A DNA stretch of 64,000 bases from Fimbriimonadales bacterium (GTDB lineage: Bacteria; Armatimonadota; Fimbriimonadia; Fimbriimonadales; ATM1): assembly GCA_051003155.1 (NCBI GenBank), contig JBPCLO010000031.1:132439-196438 (forward strand), read 5' to 3'. A program made the position numbers and the translations under genes. Below, piece after piece: positions 40,497 to 50,897 of the stretch (its first letter is position 1; every line of letters starts with the position of its first letter). The notes under the pieces were generated by a model. It saw nothing but the letters and a program-made list of their open reading frames with translations. It was not told the origin of the DNA and did not search any database.

Positions 40497-41726
40497 CTAG
40501 AATGGGCCGATCGCGGTCGTGGTAAGTTGCTCCTCGGCCAGAAACTCGCAGGCCATCTCCCTGATTTCGGCGGTGGTTACGCCGTCGATTTTTTCGAGGG
40601 TTTCTTCGATCGGGATTTCGCGGCCGTGGACCATCTCGTTCCGAGCGATCCTGTGCATCCGGGCCGACATACCTTCCAGGCTGAGAACTGCATTGCCCGC
40701 CATCATTTTCTTGGCGCGCTGCAGCTCGCCGTCGGGTATCTCGTCGTCGCGGACCTTGGCGAGCTCGACCGCGACCACTTGGCGAAGTTCGTCGAACTTC
40801 TTGGGATTCGTTCCGCCGTAGATCGTAAACGCGCCAGCCTCCTTGTAAAGCGCAGTGTAGCTGCCGATCGCGTAGACCAGGCCGCGCTTTTCACGGACTT
40901 CCTGAAACAGTCGGCTGCTCATGCTCCCGCCCAATATCGCGTCCAGAACGCTGGCGGTGAAACGGCGCTCGTCGGTGATAACGACCGAGTCGCCGCCGAT
41001 GCAGAAATGGACCTGCTCGACGTCTTTCGGAATCAGGTTTTCGCCGGTTTTGGAAGCGGGCTTGGCGGCGGGTGGATCATCGCTGGCGCCGTTCAGGGAG
41101 CCGAGGTTCTTCTCCACCGACGAGCGGAGCGCCTCCGGGTCGAGGTCGCCTGCCGCGCAGACGAGCGTGTTTCCGCCGGTGTAGCGGCGGCCCATAAAGC
41201 CGTTGAGGATGGCTTGAGTAAACGAGCCGACGGACTCGTGGGTGCCGATGATCGGGCGCCCGAGGGGATGGCCGCCCCAGCGCTTGCGCGCGTGGAGGTC
41301 GTGGATGTGGTCTTCCGGGCTGTCCTCGTACTTGCGGATTTCTTCTTGCACGACGCCTTTCTCGAGTTCGAGCTCCTTGGGGTCGATCAGCGAGTTCACG
41401 TACATATCGCTGAGGGTTTCGACGGCGTTGTCCAAGTCGTCCGAGAGCACCCGCGCGTAATAGCAGGTTAGCTCTCGGTCTGTGAAGGCGTTGAGGTGCC
41501 CGCCGCACCCTTCGATGGACTGCGCGATCTGCTCGGCCGTCCGGTTCTTGGTCCCCTTGAAGAGCATGTGCTCGATCAGGTGGCTGATTCCGCCCTCCGA
41601 CTCGGATTCCATGCGGCTGCCGCTCTGGCACCAGACGCCGATGGCGACCGACTGAATATGCGTAACCGGCTCGCAGACGACGCGCACGCCGTTAGGGAGG
41701 GTGAACTTATGGACCGTTGTGGGCAT
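40497..41726 (-). CDS. M16B (pitrilysin family) zinc peptidase
   Basis: HLIEHMLFKGT, SSRLFQEVREKRGLVY. Confidence 0.95.
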   Translation of the reverse strand: MPTTVHKFTLPNGVRVVCEPVTHIQSVAIGVWCQSGSRMESESEGGISHLIEHMLFKGTKNRTAEQIAQSIEGCGGHLNAFTDRELTCYYARVLSDDLDNAVETLSDMYVNSLIDPKELELEKGVVQEEIRKYEDSPEDHIHDLHARKRWGGHPLGRPIIGTHESVGSFTQAILNGFMGRRYTGGNTLVCAAGDLDPEALRSSVEKNLGSLNGASDDPPAAKPASKTGENLIPKDVEQVHFCIGGDSVVITDERRFTASVLDAILGGSMSSRLFQEVREKRGLVYAIGSYTALYKEAGAFTIYGGTNPKKFDELRQVVAVELAKVRDDEIPDGELQRAKKMMAGNAVLSLEGMSARMHRIARNEMVHGREIPIEETLEKIDGVTTAEIREMACEFLAEEQLTTTAIGPF

Positions 41727-41930
41727 TGAAACAGTTTAGCCCGACGGGAGCGCCCGAGCTTGCTCGCGCGGTCGCGGATTCCGCGTCATCACGACACGTG
41801 CGTGCCAGGGAATGGGACGTGATGACGCCAGTTCGACATTTCAATTCCGCCTCCCTCTTAGCTTGCGGTTGCCCCCGGGTATCTTCTCGCCGATGGCCAC
41901 CCTGGGCGTCCAAGTTCAAGTGAACGCAAA

Positions 41931-42728
41931 ATGATAATCCGCTCGAAATATCGCGACTACTACGACAGCGCGCAGGGATACGGGCAAGACCCTAAGCTGG
42001 TGTACGATCGCACGGTCGGGCTCGAGTCTCATGTTGATTGGACATGGGACCGAAAAGTAGCCGATGTTTTTAAATTGCAATCGCATCGGTACTACAACCT
42101 CGCGGCGCGTCTGGTTGTCATCGGCTTCTGCGGCCGGATTTATCCGGTCTGGTTGGCAAGAAGATTCGAGCTAACATCGCAGTCCCTCGGGTCGCACACA
42201 AACGAGAAGCACTGGCTCACGCGAACTGAGCTGGTGGCGATCTGCGTTTCTGAGGCGCCGGCTCAGCATAGAGTACAGCCTAACCGAGAGCGCCTCGATT
42301 ACGTGCGCGAACGGGTGGAGAGTGCTTACGCGGATACTGACGTTTACAGTGGATCAGTGATTAACGATACAGTTTTCCGCGACCTGAATTGCCCTGTTTT
42401 CCTGGCCTGGGATCGAATGGGCTACTACACGTCCGGTCCGTACCACATCCTGACCAATCCACGGCTGGCTACCCTTGGCTTCATGCACCAGGTGGACGCG
42501 TTCACTGCGTTCCAGGAAATCGCGATGTTCCTGGGATCGACCCTCGCTCAAGAACCGATCGCACCGAACACGGTCGGCGACGATCGGTTGATAGCCAGGT
42601 CCAAGGGCTTCGACGACCAGAGCTTCCGCATGAAGGCTCCGGGCCAGAAAAAACTCAATCGCAAAGCCAACAAGGGGGCCAAACGCCGCAAAGAGCAAGG
42701 CGATACCGGATTAGACAGACCGTCTTAG
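41931..42728 (+). CDS. Hypothetical protein, phage-like family by recollection
   Basis: 265-aa ORF; N-terminal SKYRDYYDS, C-terminal TAFQEIAMFL...SKGFD.QSFR. Confidence 0.7.
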   Translation: MIIRSKYRDYYDSAQGYGQDPKLVYDRTVGLESHVDWTWDRKVADVFKLQSHRYYNLAARLVVIGFCGRIYPVWLARRFELTSQSLGSHTNEKHWLTRTELVAICVSEAPAQHRVQPNRERLDYVRERVESAYADTDVYSGSVINDTVFRDLNCPVFLAWDRMGYYTSGPYHILTNPRLATLGFMHQVDAFTAFQEIAMFLGSTLAQEPIAPNTVGDDRLIARSKGFDDQSFRMKAPGQKKLNRKANKGAKRRKEQGDTGLDRPS

Positions 42729-42925
42729 TTACCGCCGGGAGAATTGCCCTTCGCAAGTTTACAAATGGCGATTTCAGCGCCATAGGGTTCACCCTTGGGC
42801 TCCAGAAGGTGGGCAACATCCGACATCGTAAGGGACACAAGCGAACAGGCAAGGACCTTGTCGCCTTCCAGGTTCTTGCCTGTTACGTGGCATAGGCCAA
42901 ACCGCTCCTATAAAGCGCGCAACTG

Positions 42926-43672
42926 TCAGACGGCCCCCACGCGGTTCATGAGCGTGCCGAGGCGTTCGACTACTAGGGTCACTTCGTCGCCTGGCTGCAG
43001 GTAGTCGCGTTCGAGCTGCATGAGGCTGCCGCCGGCGGCGGAACCTGAGGCGATGATGTCTCCTTCGCGGACGGCGGCTCCGCGGCTGGCTTCGGCGATG
43101 AGTTCGGCGAAGGACAAAGTCATGCTCGAAAGGTTGGCGCTGGAGACCACTTCCCCGTTAACTAGGGCCTTCATGTTGAGGTTGTAGCGCCCGGCTGAAA
43201 GCTTGTCCTCGAGTTCCTCAGGCGTTACCAGGAACGGGCCGACGGATATCGCGAAGTCGGTGGCTTTGGCGCTTTCGTGGCGGCCCGCGTCGCGCGCGGT
43301 CCAGCAGTTCAAGATCGTAAAGCCGAGAATGTAATCTTCGGCTTCCTTGGCATCCAAGTCGGATTCGGTCTTGCCCACGACGGCTGCGATCTGCATCTGG
43401 AAGTCGGGCTTTTCGCAGTCCTCCGGGAAGGCGATATCGACCTCGGGGCCAACAATCGCGGAGCTATTTCCGAAGGCAAACAGTGGCGGCCCGGGAGCGA
43501 ACGCGTCGAACATGCGCAAGGTCGACTGCGCGACGGGGGCGAGAAGGCGGATATCGTTGGGCTTGTGGACGCCTAGAGCCCGCTCGCCGTCGGTTTCGTA
43601 GATCTGATCGTCGTGGAAGATGCCCGTCCGCGGCCTTTCGTCGTCGGCAAGCAGGAAGCGGCAGAGTTTCAT
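42926..43672 (-). CDS. Fumarylacetoacetate hydrolase family protein
   Basis: ILGFTILNCWTARD, SAKATDF, GPFLVTPEE; downstream of hppD. Confidence 0.88.
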   Translation of the reverse strand: MKLCRFLLADDERPRTGIFHDDQIYETDGERALGVHKPNDIRLLAPVAQSTLRMFDAFAPGPPLFAFGNSSAIVGPEVDIAFPEDCEKPDFQMQIAAVVGKTESDLDAKEAEDYILGFTILNCWTARDAGRHESAKATDFAISVGPFLVTPEELEDKLSAGRYNLNMKALVNGEVVSSANLSSMTLSFAELIAEASRGAAVREGDIIASGSAAGGSLMQLERDYLQPGDEVTLVVERLGTLMNRVGAV

Positions 43673-43705
43673 TTGGTGTGCCCCTCACCCTCGGAGGGTG
43701 TTGGG

Positions 43706-44791
43706 TTAGAGAGTCCCGCGAAGAGCCTGTTCTCGTTCGATAGCTTCGAAGAGAGCTTTGAAGTTACCCTTGCCGAAGCTCTTGGCGCCCTTGCGCTCGA
43801 TGAACTCGTAGAACAGGGTCGGTCGGTCTTCCACGGGCTTGCTGAACAGCTGGAGGAGATAACCCTCTTCGTCGCGGTCGACCAGGATGCCGAGGTCGGC
43901 GATGTCGTTGAGGTCTTCGTCGATCTCGCCCACGCGCTCAAACAGCGTTTCGTAATACGTGCGGGGAACCTGCAGGAACTCCATTCCGCGGCTCTTGAGC
44001 AGCTTGATTGTGTTGATGATGTCACTCGTGTGCAAGGCGATGTGCTGGACGCCCGGGCCGCCGTGGTAGATCAGGTACTCCTCGATCTGGGAGCGTTTGC
44101 GGCCTTCCGCGGGTTCGTTGATCGGGAACTTGACCCGGCCATTGCCCGACTGCATGACCTTCGACATTAGCGCGGTGTACTCGGTGCTAATGTCCTTGTC
44201 GTCGAACGTTTGGATTTGCTCGAAGCCGAGGATGTTGGCGTACCAGTCCACCCACTTGTTCATGCCGTTCCACTCGACATTGCCGACGCAGTGATCGACG
44301 AACTCGACTCCCACCGGATCGCCCTTCTTATCGACAGGGCGAAATCCCGGGAGGAAGAGCCCGCTGAAGCCGTCGCGGTTCACTAGGGAATGAACCACAT
44401 CGCCGTACGTGTGGATCGCGGCTATTCGAACCTTGCCAAAGCTGTCCTCTAGGGTTCGAGGCTCGGAAAACGCCTTCGCGCCGCGTGAGGTGGCAGTCTT
44501 GAACGCGAGGTCCACGTCGTCGACCTCGAACGCGATGTCTTGCACGAAGTCGCCATGCTTGCCCAACTGCTCTGCGAGCGGATGATCGGGGAGCAGCGGC
44601 GTGGACATCAGGAACTTCACATCATTCTGGGTCAGGAGATAGTTCGCCTCATCCCTCAGGCCGGTTTCCAGGCCGGCGTAGGCTTGGATGTCGAAGCCAA
44701 ATAGGCGACGGTACCACTCGGCGGTGTGCATAGCGTTGCCACAAAAGAAGCGAACGTGGTCGACTTTACGGATGGGAAAGCTGTCTATCAT
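43706..44791 (-). CDS. hppD: 4-hydroxyphenylpyruvate dioxygenase
   Basis: DHCVGNV, GPGVQHIAL, FGKGNFKALFEAIEREQ. Confidence 0.96.
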   Translation of the reverse strand: MIDSFPIRKVDHVRFFCGNAMHTAEWYRRLFGFDIQAYAGLETGLRDEANYLLTQNDVKFLMSTPLLPDHPLAEQLGKHGDFVQDIAFEVDDVDLAFKTATSRGAKAFSEPRTLEDSFGKVRIAAIHTYGDVVHSLVNRDGFSGLFLPGFRPVDKKGDPVGVEFVDHCVGNVEWNGMNKWVDWYANILGFEQIQTFDDKDISTEYTALMSKVMQSGNGRVKFPINEPAEGRKRSQIEEYLIYHGGPGVQHIALHTSDIINTIKLLKSRGMEFLQVPRTYYETLFERVGEIDEDLNDIADLGILVDRDEEGYLLQLFSKPVEDRPTLFYEFIERKGAKSFGKGNFKALFEAIEREQALRGTL

Positions 44792-44832
44792 TTTTCCGTA
44801 CACCTTATGGCACTGATTATGCGTCACCACGC

Positions 44833-44864
44833 AAGAAAAGGGCCGGGCAGTTGCGTGCCCGGCC
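44833..44864 (-). terminator. Intrinsic terminator after the ECF sigma gene
   Basis: 9-bp GGCCGGGCA/TGCCCGGCC stem followed on minus strand by CTTTTCTT. Confidence 0.75.
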
Positions 44865-44885
44865 GAACCTAATCAAATTGAATCT

Positions 44886-45482
44886 TTATTGATCGCAAAG
44901 CCGCAAATTGGCCATGTGATCCGGGTTCTTCTTCTCCCAATCTGACACTCTCTTGCGGAGGGCCTTGTGCGTTCGGTGCAATCTGCTCCGAATGGTCCCG
45001 ATGGGCGCGCCGAGGACGTCGGCGATGTCCTGGTATGGCATGGCTTCCAGATCAGCGAGCATGACCACCAAACGCTGTTCCGTCGGCAGTGAGCGCAGAA
45101 CCTCTTCAAGCTCCTCTCCCAACGTGTGGTCGATCAGCTTGTTCTCGGGATTCTCGCCATTGTCGGCCTTCTCGAAGAACAAATCTTCCTCGCCGCCCTC
45201 TTTGTGCAGAGGGGCATCGTAGCTCACCGTGGAAACGCGTCGCCGACGATGGCGCAGCAAGTCCAAGAAAAGGCGGGAAACGATACGAAGAATCCAGTTC
45301 TCGAAGGGCTTGTCGCCTTCGTAGCTATCGAAGCTTCGATATGCTCGATAGTAGGCTTCTTGTGTAAGATCTTCGGCGTCCGCGGCATTGCCGGAAAGCC
45401 TGTAGGCCATGTTGTAGACCTTTTTGTAGGTCCGTTTCATAAGCTGATCGAATTGCGTCGTGGCATTCATCGTAGCTTGCAT
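44886..45482 (-). CDS. ECF sigma-70 factor
   Basis: DAEDLTQEA, FENWILRI, GTIRSRLHR. Confidence 0.93.
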   Translation of the reverse strand: MQATMNATTQFDQLMKRTYKKVYNMAYRLSGNAADAEDLTQEAYYRAYRSFDSYEGDKPFENWILRIVSRLFLDLLRHRRRRVSTVSYDAPLHKEGGEEDLFFEKADNGENPENKLIDHTLGEELEEVLRSLPTEQRLVVMLADLEAMPYQDIADVLGAPIGTIRSRLHRTHKALRKRVSDWEKKNPDHMANLRLCDQ

Positions 45483-45665
45483 TCTCTACCTCGTGTTTTG
45501 TAGTCGTACCCCTGACCCTGAATTCAACCTCTCTTGCAGAATCCTACCACAAATACGATCCACTTGTAGCAATTGTTCCAAAAAATGTCCTTTATGGGGG
45601 CTCCCAGGTTCAAAGGAATGCCGGAAAAGTCTAACAAGAGGCGCTTTTTGCCACAATGTGATCCT

Positions 45666-46787
45666 ATGGCACGCGAGTGGTCGAACCGGATCGTGTTTCT
45701 GCTTGCTGCGATTGGGATGTTCATCGCTCTAGTAATCGGGCTCGCGCACGCATCGGGGGCGGAGCTCCCTTGTGGCGGCGTTCAATCCGGTTGCGAGCTG
45801 CTTAGCCAGCCGGAGCATAACCAGTGGTTCGGCGTGCCGATCGCCTTTTGGGGGCTGGGGCTCTATTTCCTTGTCGCTATATGCGCCATGGCTCGGGGGG
45901 TTCTCGGTCCCGCGAACTCGCCACGCCTCGGCTTGGCGATTTGGGCGTTGCTCGGTGCCGGCACCGTGACCAGCTGGAGCTTGATCTCATACGCTGCAAA
46001 CGCGTTGGGCGCTACATGTCTGTGGTGCCTTGGAAGCGCCGTCGTGATGACGCTTGCGCTCTTTGTGCATACTGCTAGCATGGTCCGCCGGGGACCCGAA
46101 TCCGCGTTCTCGGCCTGGCCCTTCGGCGTCTATGCCGGCGCGCTCACGTTTGTGGCGATCGCCGGATCGGCTTACGGTATGCGGCTGGCTTCCAATCAGG
46201 TCTTACGGCCCGCGCCGCCACCGCAGAACACTAAGGTTTTCGGACCCGAAAACCACGTCATTGGAGACATGAACGCTCCGATAACTTTGGTGGAGTTCAC
46301 CGACCTGTATTGTCCAACTTGCCGATCCAACCACAAATGGGTGATCGAACAGCTAAACGGTCCCCTCAGAGGCAAAGTCAAGTTGGTGGTCCGCCATTAT
46401 CCGATACCCAAGCTGCATCCTCTGGCAATTTCGGCGGCCATGCTGTCCGAATGGGCAGCAACGAAAGGCAAGTTCGAGCAATTTGCGCACAAGGTCCAAG
46501 AGCTGGAAAGCAAAACGAGCACACCCGGCTTGCTTTGGGCGGTCGAGCAAGTCGGCCTAAGCGTGCAGGAAGCTTCGGATCTGCTCAACGACCCCGAAGG
46601 CAGGGCCAAGTATCTCGAGATAGTCCAGAAGGATATCAGCGAAGCGACCAAACTTGGTGTCCAGTCCACGCCTCACTGGTTCGCCGTTTATCCTGACAAA
46701 ACGGTCGCCCCGGCGATCGGCTCGCAGATTCGCGTGCTCCTGGCAAGCGAAGGGTTTCAGAAGCAACTCGGTAATATTGGCCCGTGA
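45666..46787 (+). CDS. VKOR plus DsbA/thioredoxin fusion
   Basis: C-x6-C loop, CLWC in TM region, FTDLYCPTC, RHYP, STP cis-Pro loop. Confidence 0.9.
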   Translation: MAREWSNRIVFLLAAIGMFIALVIGLAHASGAELPCGGVQSGCELLSQPEHNQWFGVPIAFWGLGLYFLVAICAMARGVLGPANSPRLGLAIWALLGAGTVTSWSLISYAANALGATCLWCLGSAVVMTLALFVHTASMVRRGPESAFSAWPFGVYAGALTFVAIAGSAYGMRLASNQVLRPAPPPQNTKVFGPENHVIGDMNAPITLVEFTDLYCPTCRSNHKWVIEQLNGPLRGKVKLVVRHYPIPKLHPLAISAAMLSEWAATKGKFEQFAHKVQELESKTSTPGLLWAVEQVGLSVQEASDLLNDPEGRAKYLEIVQKDISEATKLGVQSTPHWFAVYPDKTVAPAIGSQIRVLLASEGFQKQLGNIGP

Positions 46788-47851
46788 AGCGTAAGCCTCG
46801 GGTGATGGTGGCCATGTCCGGCGGGGTCGACAGCAGCGTCGTCGCCGGTATCTTGGTGCGTCGGGGATACGACGTGATTGGCGTCACGATGCAGATCTGG
46901 CAAGAAAGCCAGACTGATCCACGCCATGCCGGGTGCTGTTCGCTAGGAGCCGTGGAAGACGCGCGCGGAGTGGCGCGGCGGCTCGACATTCCTTATTACG
47001 TTATCAACTTTAAAAAGGAGTTCAAGGACCGGGTCATCACCCGTTTCATGGACGAGTACGAGCGCGGACGGACCCCCAACCCGTGCATCGAGTGCAATCG
47101 CCACGTGAAGTTCGACGCCCTGCTGCAGAAGGCTCGTGAGGTCGGTTGTAACATGCTAGCCACCGGCCACTACGCGCGTGTGCGCAGGGACTCGAAAACC
47201 GGGCTGATTCGGCTCTTGAGGGCACGGGCAAAGAATAAGGACCAGAGCTATGCGCTTTACTCGCTAAGCCAGGACCAACTGTCGCAGGCAAAGTTTCCTC
47301 TTGGCGAACTCTCCAGTAAGGCCGAAACACGTGAGATCGCGCGTGATCTGGGGCTAACTCTAGCCGATAAGCCCGACTCGCAGGAGATCTGCTTCGTAGG
47401 TGAAGCGGGCGGCTACGTCGAGTTCATGAAGAAGAACCGCCCTGCGGCGTTCTCGGATGGCGATATTATTAACGAGGAAGGCAAGCCGGTCGGCAAACAC
47501 GGGGGCGTCGGCCTCTACACGGTTGGCCAAAGGCGCCGTATCGGCCCCAATATCGACGGCAAGCCGCTGTTTGTTCTTAGGCTCGACCCGAGCGCGAATA
47601 GGGTCGTCGTCGGAGACAACGAAGCCCTGATGAAGCGGAGCGTGGCGTTCGACGATCAATTGGGGCATCTATCGAAACCCACGAAAGTGGTCGGCCGGAT
47701 TCGCTACAACATGAAACCGGCTTCTGCCGTGCTGTACCCCGGTGAACCTTTTCGGGCGGAGTTCGTCGAGCCGGTGCGGGCCGTCACTCCTGGGCAGGCG
47801 GCGGTCTTCTACCGAGGCGAGACAGTCGTTGCCGGCGGCCCGATTCGGTAG
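46784..47851 (+). CDS. mnmA: tRNA 2-thiouridylase MnmA
   Basis: SGGVDSS, TPNPCIECN, ATGHY, KDQSY, DSQEICF, TPGQAAVFY. Confidence 0.97.
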   Translation: MKRKPRVMVAMSGGVDSSVVAGILVRRGYDVIGVTMQIWQESQTDPRHAGCCSLGAVEDARGVARRLDIPYYVINFKKEFKDRVITRFMDEYERGRTPNPCIECNRHVKFDALLQKAREVGCNMLATGHYARVRRDSKTGLIRLLRARAKNKDQSYALYSLSQDQLSQAKFPLGELSSKAETREIARDLGLTLADKPDSQEICFVGEAGGYVEFMKKNRPAAFSDGDIINEEGKPVGKHGGVGLYTVGQRRRIGPNIDGKPLFVLRLDPSANRVVVGDNEALMKRSVAFDDQLGHLSKPTKVVGRIRYNMKPASAVLYPGEPFRAEFVEPVRAVTPGQAAVFYRGETVVAGGPIR

Positions 47852-47903
47852 CCGACGGTACCTTCATTAAAACTTCGTCACGGTCGCGGACGGGCACCCC
47901 GTA

Positions 47904-48455
47904 TTGCGTATACTGACCTATACTGGTGCACTGCGCTTTTACACCCGCGCTCTATACGATCAACTGGACGACGACGACGCGGACCCCGAAGCGCTGCTAA
48001 CGCAGGCTCATGACGCTTATAAGCAGCGCCTATCCGAGATCGCAGGAACTCTCGGCGACCTCATCTCGATCTCGCATCCGTTTCACGTGGACAACGCGCT
48101 CATCGCACGACTCCGCCACGACCGCGAGGCCGGCGTGTTGCACCTAACGCTGCGCTGCGGCAACCTGATCGAAGGTTATCGCGATCTCATCCTCGCCTAC
48201 CACGACGTGGAGTTGGACCACGCGGATGAAAACATCCTCAACGATATAGCGGCAACGACCGTCGGCGGTCAGATCTTTGATCATGACGTCTACTGCCACG
48301 AGCTAGATGTCGCCGAGGACGCGCGAATCGAGCACCGGATCCTCTTTAACTGTGGCCCTGAGGAGGTGGCGATCAGGTGCCGGCGCCTCGTCCACACGAA
48401 GCAAGATCAGCCCGACCGGACACTGCCAGCCCTGGCCGAACGCACGGGCGGTTGA
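47904..48455 (+). CDS. Hypothetical protein (true start possibly CTG 47931)
   Basis: Open 183-aa frame; TATACT 6 nt before CTG-RFYTR. Confidence 0.6.
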   Translation: MRILTYTGALRFYTRALYDQLDDDDADPEALLTQAHDAYKQRLSEIAGTLGDLISISHPFHVDNALIARLRHDREAGVLHLTLRCGNLIEGYRDLILAYHDVELDHADENILNDIAATTVGGQIFDHDVYCHELDVAEDARIEHRILFNCGPEEVAIRCRRLVHTKQDQPDRTLPALAERTGG

Positions 48456-48669
48456 GCCATAAGAGCAGGCTCGATCGTGATAAATTTGCCATGCCTCCGC
48501 ACCTTGGTGTGGAGGATCCAGGGCTTGTTCCCGCCGCCGCGCTTGTGAAGAAAGCGGTGAGCTGAGGACGGAGCTCGCCAGTTGGGTGAAGCAAGCCAGC
48601 CCATTGCCCGGCGAACGAATGTGAGCGGCTTGAAGGAAAGCGTTGGCGAACGTCTGATACAATCGAGGC

Positions 48670-48991
48670 ATGACGGATATCGAAACCGTGATGGCCAAGG
48701 TCGAAGAGTACGCACGAATTGTGGCTGGCCGCGAGCAAACGCGGTGAGGCGTTTCGTTCCGAGGGTTTCGCGATGATGCAGCAGAGCTTGCAGCAAACCC
48801 AAGGCATGGTTGCACGGATCATGAAGCAGGCGGACGAGACATTCGAAGCAGGCGAGCGCGAGCGAAAGGGCTACTACGGCGCTCAATATCGCGAGAGGAT
48901 CGAATCGATGCAACGGTTGGAAGAAGCTGCGTCCCGCCACCGCGACGCCTTGCGCAATATCCGCACTCGGTTGGAGGAACGAACCAATTGA
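48670..48991 (+). pseudogene. Helical hypothetical protein with frameshift near 48719
   Basis: MTDIETVMAKVEEYAR joins MWLAASKRGEAF... if one base is removed. Confidence 0.5.
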
Positions 48992-49298
48992 GCGATTTGA
49001 ATGACACCATCGCGCGCACCAACGGGCTTCTGGAGCAACTGCTTGAGCAGCGGATCGCCGGGCCCAGATGCAGAACATTCGCGAGAAGGTGAACTTCGAA
49101 ATGCCCAAATTCGAAGGACTCGCGGATGACGCTATCAAGACCGGGTTTCGCGATCCGGTGCACGACACACGGCTTGAGGAGATCAAGCAACAAGCCGAAG
49201 CTCGCCATCAAGAGGAGATAGCATTCCGAGACCGCCTGGTTATCTTAGATGAGCAGACGGCTTTGCTGACGGAAATCGCAACCCACCTCAAGCAATAG
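48988..49298 (+). pseudogene. Helical hypothetical protein with frameshift near 49062
   Basis: TTG overlaps previous stop after GGAGG; LSDLNDTIARTNGLLEQLLEQR continues as MQNIREKV... in another frame. Confidence 0.5.
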
Positions 49299-49513
49299 GC
49301 GCTAACCTGTGCGCACCTTGCAGACTCGGCGCACGGGTCGTCCTCGTGTTTTTGCGTCGCGCGCTCTTGGGCGCGCGGCTCTCCCCTATATTCTTGGGCC
49401 TCACCCCCATAGTTTTTGTTGCGCGCACAAAGGAAGGAAACAAAGGAAGGAAATGGAGGAGACTCTCCCTCTCATCTGATCCATGGCAGGTTGGCCGTGC
49501 CAGAATCGCAGGC

Positions 49514-49830
49514 ATGATTTGCACGTCGATCGCTGCTGTGACCCTTGGTCTCGCGCCTAGCGTCTGGCCGAACAGCATCAGCAGAGCGAACTCAGACCCG
49601 TGGATGATCGAGAATCAGGACCGGCTAGTTCGTATGCACCTCGTCTGCTCGTGCTCAATTTTGCAAACGGGCTTTCAGAGGATAAGGCGAAGTCTCAAAC
49701 AAACAAACTCATCGCGGCGCTGCGCGAATCGTCGAGATACCACGGCTACAAAGAACTCGGACGCATCCGCTTTTCTCGAGTACAAGATTCATAAGATTAT
49801 CGACCTAACCGATGCGCAAACGACGGCTTG
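49514..49830 (+). pseudogene. Truncated, frameshifted paralog of the N-terminal ~105 aa of 62305-63504
   Basis: MICTSIAAVTLGLAPSVWPNSISRANSDPW...PRLLVLNFANGLS...ESSRYHGYK...AFLEYKIHK. Confidence 0.85.
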
Positions 49831-49835
49831 CTGGA

Positions 49836-50165
49836 ATGGCAGAGCCTAACTCGGAGAAGCGCGGCACCGAGGGTGTGATTCTCATCCTTGCGATGATCGC
49901 GATGTCAGCGGTCTATTTGAACGCTTTCATTGGATTCGCTACTGGTGAAAAGGAGTTCCTCCGGGCGCTGGACAAGACCCTTGCGGAACGGAAGGTAGAG
50001 GAGGCCCGCATAACCATCCATGATCGCAGCGAGTTCGCTCAAACGGCAATGACCTGGAGCGTTCCAATTGCGCTCGGTCTGCCTCTTGTCTTGGTGCCGC
50101 TCATGGTTTGGTCCTTTAGGGCCTCGGCCAAGAAGAAGCAGGGCGACGGCGTGATTACGAAATGA
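49836..50165 (+). CDS. Small two-TM membrane protein
   Basis: Two hydrophobic segments. Confidence 0.55.
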   Translation: MAEPNSEKRGTEGVILILAMIAMSAVYLNAFIGFATGEKEFLRALDKTLAERKVEEARITIHDRSEFAQTAMTWSVPIALGLPLVLVPLMVWSFRASAKKKQGDGVITK

Positions 50166-50198
50166 GCTGGGGATTCAAAGGCCAGTTAGGGGTGGAGT

Positions 50199-50419
50199 GT
50201 GAGTCAGCGCGATAATTTCAGAGCCCGCCTTGCTCGGGCTCGCCTCTGGTTCGTCATCCACATTGCCCTTGTCGTCGTCGCTTTGCCTTGGCGATACGCA
50301 ATCCAAAGGGCTCGTTCATTTGGATCAATGGGATCGTGTTTCTTGCATTCCTGGCTGCAATGAAGGACCTGGCAGACATCTTGGCTCTTCGTGCCGGCGA
50401 CGACCCGGATAATCACTAA
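50199..50419 (+). pseudogene. Small two-TM protein with frameshift near 50285
   Basis: GGAG RBS, MSQRDNFRARLARARLWFVIHIALVVVA then ALAIRNPKGSFIWINGIVFLAFLAAMKD... in the shifted frame. Confidence 0.45.
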
Positions 50420-50467
50420 GCGGCGGCTGGAGGCATTCAAAACATCAATCGATGGTGGACAAAGCGG

Positions 50468-50854
50468 ATGGAGACACCGTTTGACAAGCTATACAAGGAC
50501 ATAAAGAGGGCGAGGATCGAGCCAATCCAAGAGTACTTGGATCAGGGCGGCGACCCCAACCTGCAAGGACGACGTTGGACACTCCTGATGACCGCAGCCC
50601 ACTTTGGCACCTCCAAGATCCTCACGCTTCTACTAGATCACGGTGCTCATCTGGAGACGGAGGCCCACATAGAAGGTCTAACCGCCCTTGCTTTCGCAGC
50701 GGGCGCTGGCCGAAGCAAATGCGTAAAGATCCTGATCGAGCGGGGTGCATCGGTTGATGTTCGACCGCACGGCGTACCCCTTTCCATCTACATAAAGAAC
50801 TGCGGCGGGCCATACCCGCAGATTGACAAATTCTTGGCCGACGCCGCGCGGTGA
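50468..50854 (+). CDS. Ankyrin repeat protein
   Basis: TLLMTAAHFG...LLLDHGA, TALAFAAGAG...LIERGA. Confidence 0.9.
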   Translation: METPFDKLYKDIKRARIEPIQEYLDQGGDPNLQGRRWTLLMTAAHFGTSKILTLLLDHGAHLETEAHIEGLTALAFAAGAGRSKCVKILIERGASVDVRPHGVPLSIYIKNCGGPYPQIDKFLADAAR

Positions 50855-50897
50855 GGCGGGCGAGCGCCCACAACCATGAAGAAAAGTACAGCGACTC

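Noticed and set aside
47904..50854. Integron cassette array
   Set aside because: The genes are small and co-oriented, but I found no RYYYAAC...GTTRRRY attC pairs (the hairpin near 49310-49340 lacks the right core) and no intI.
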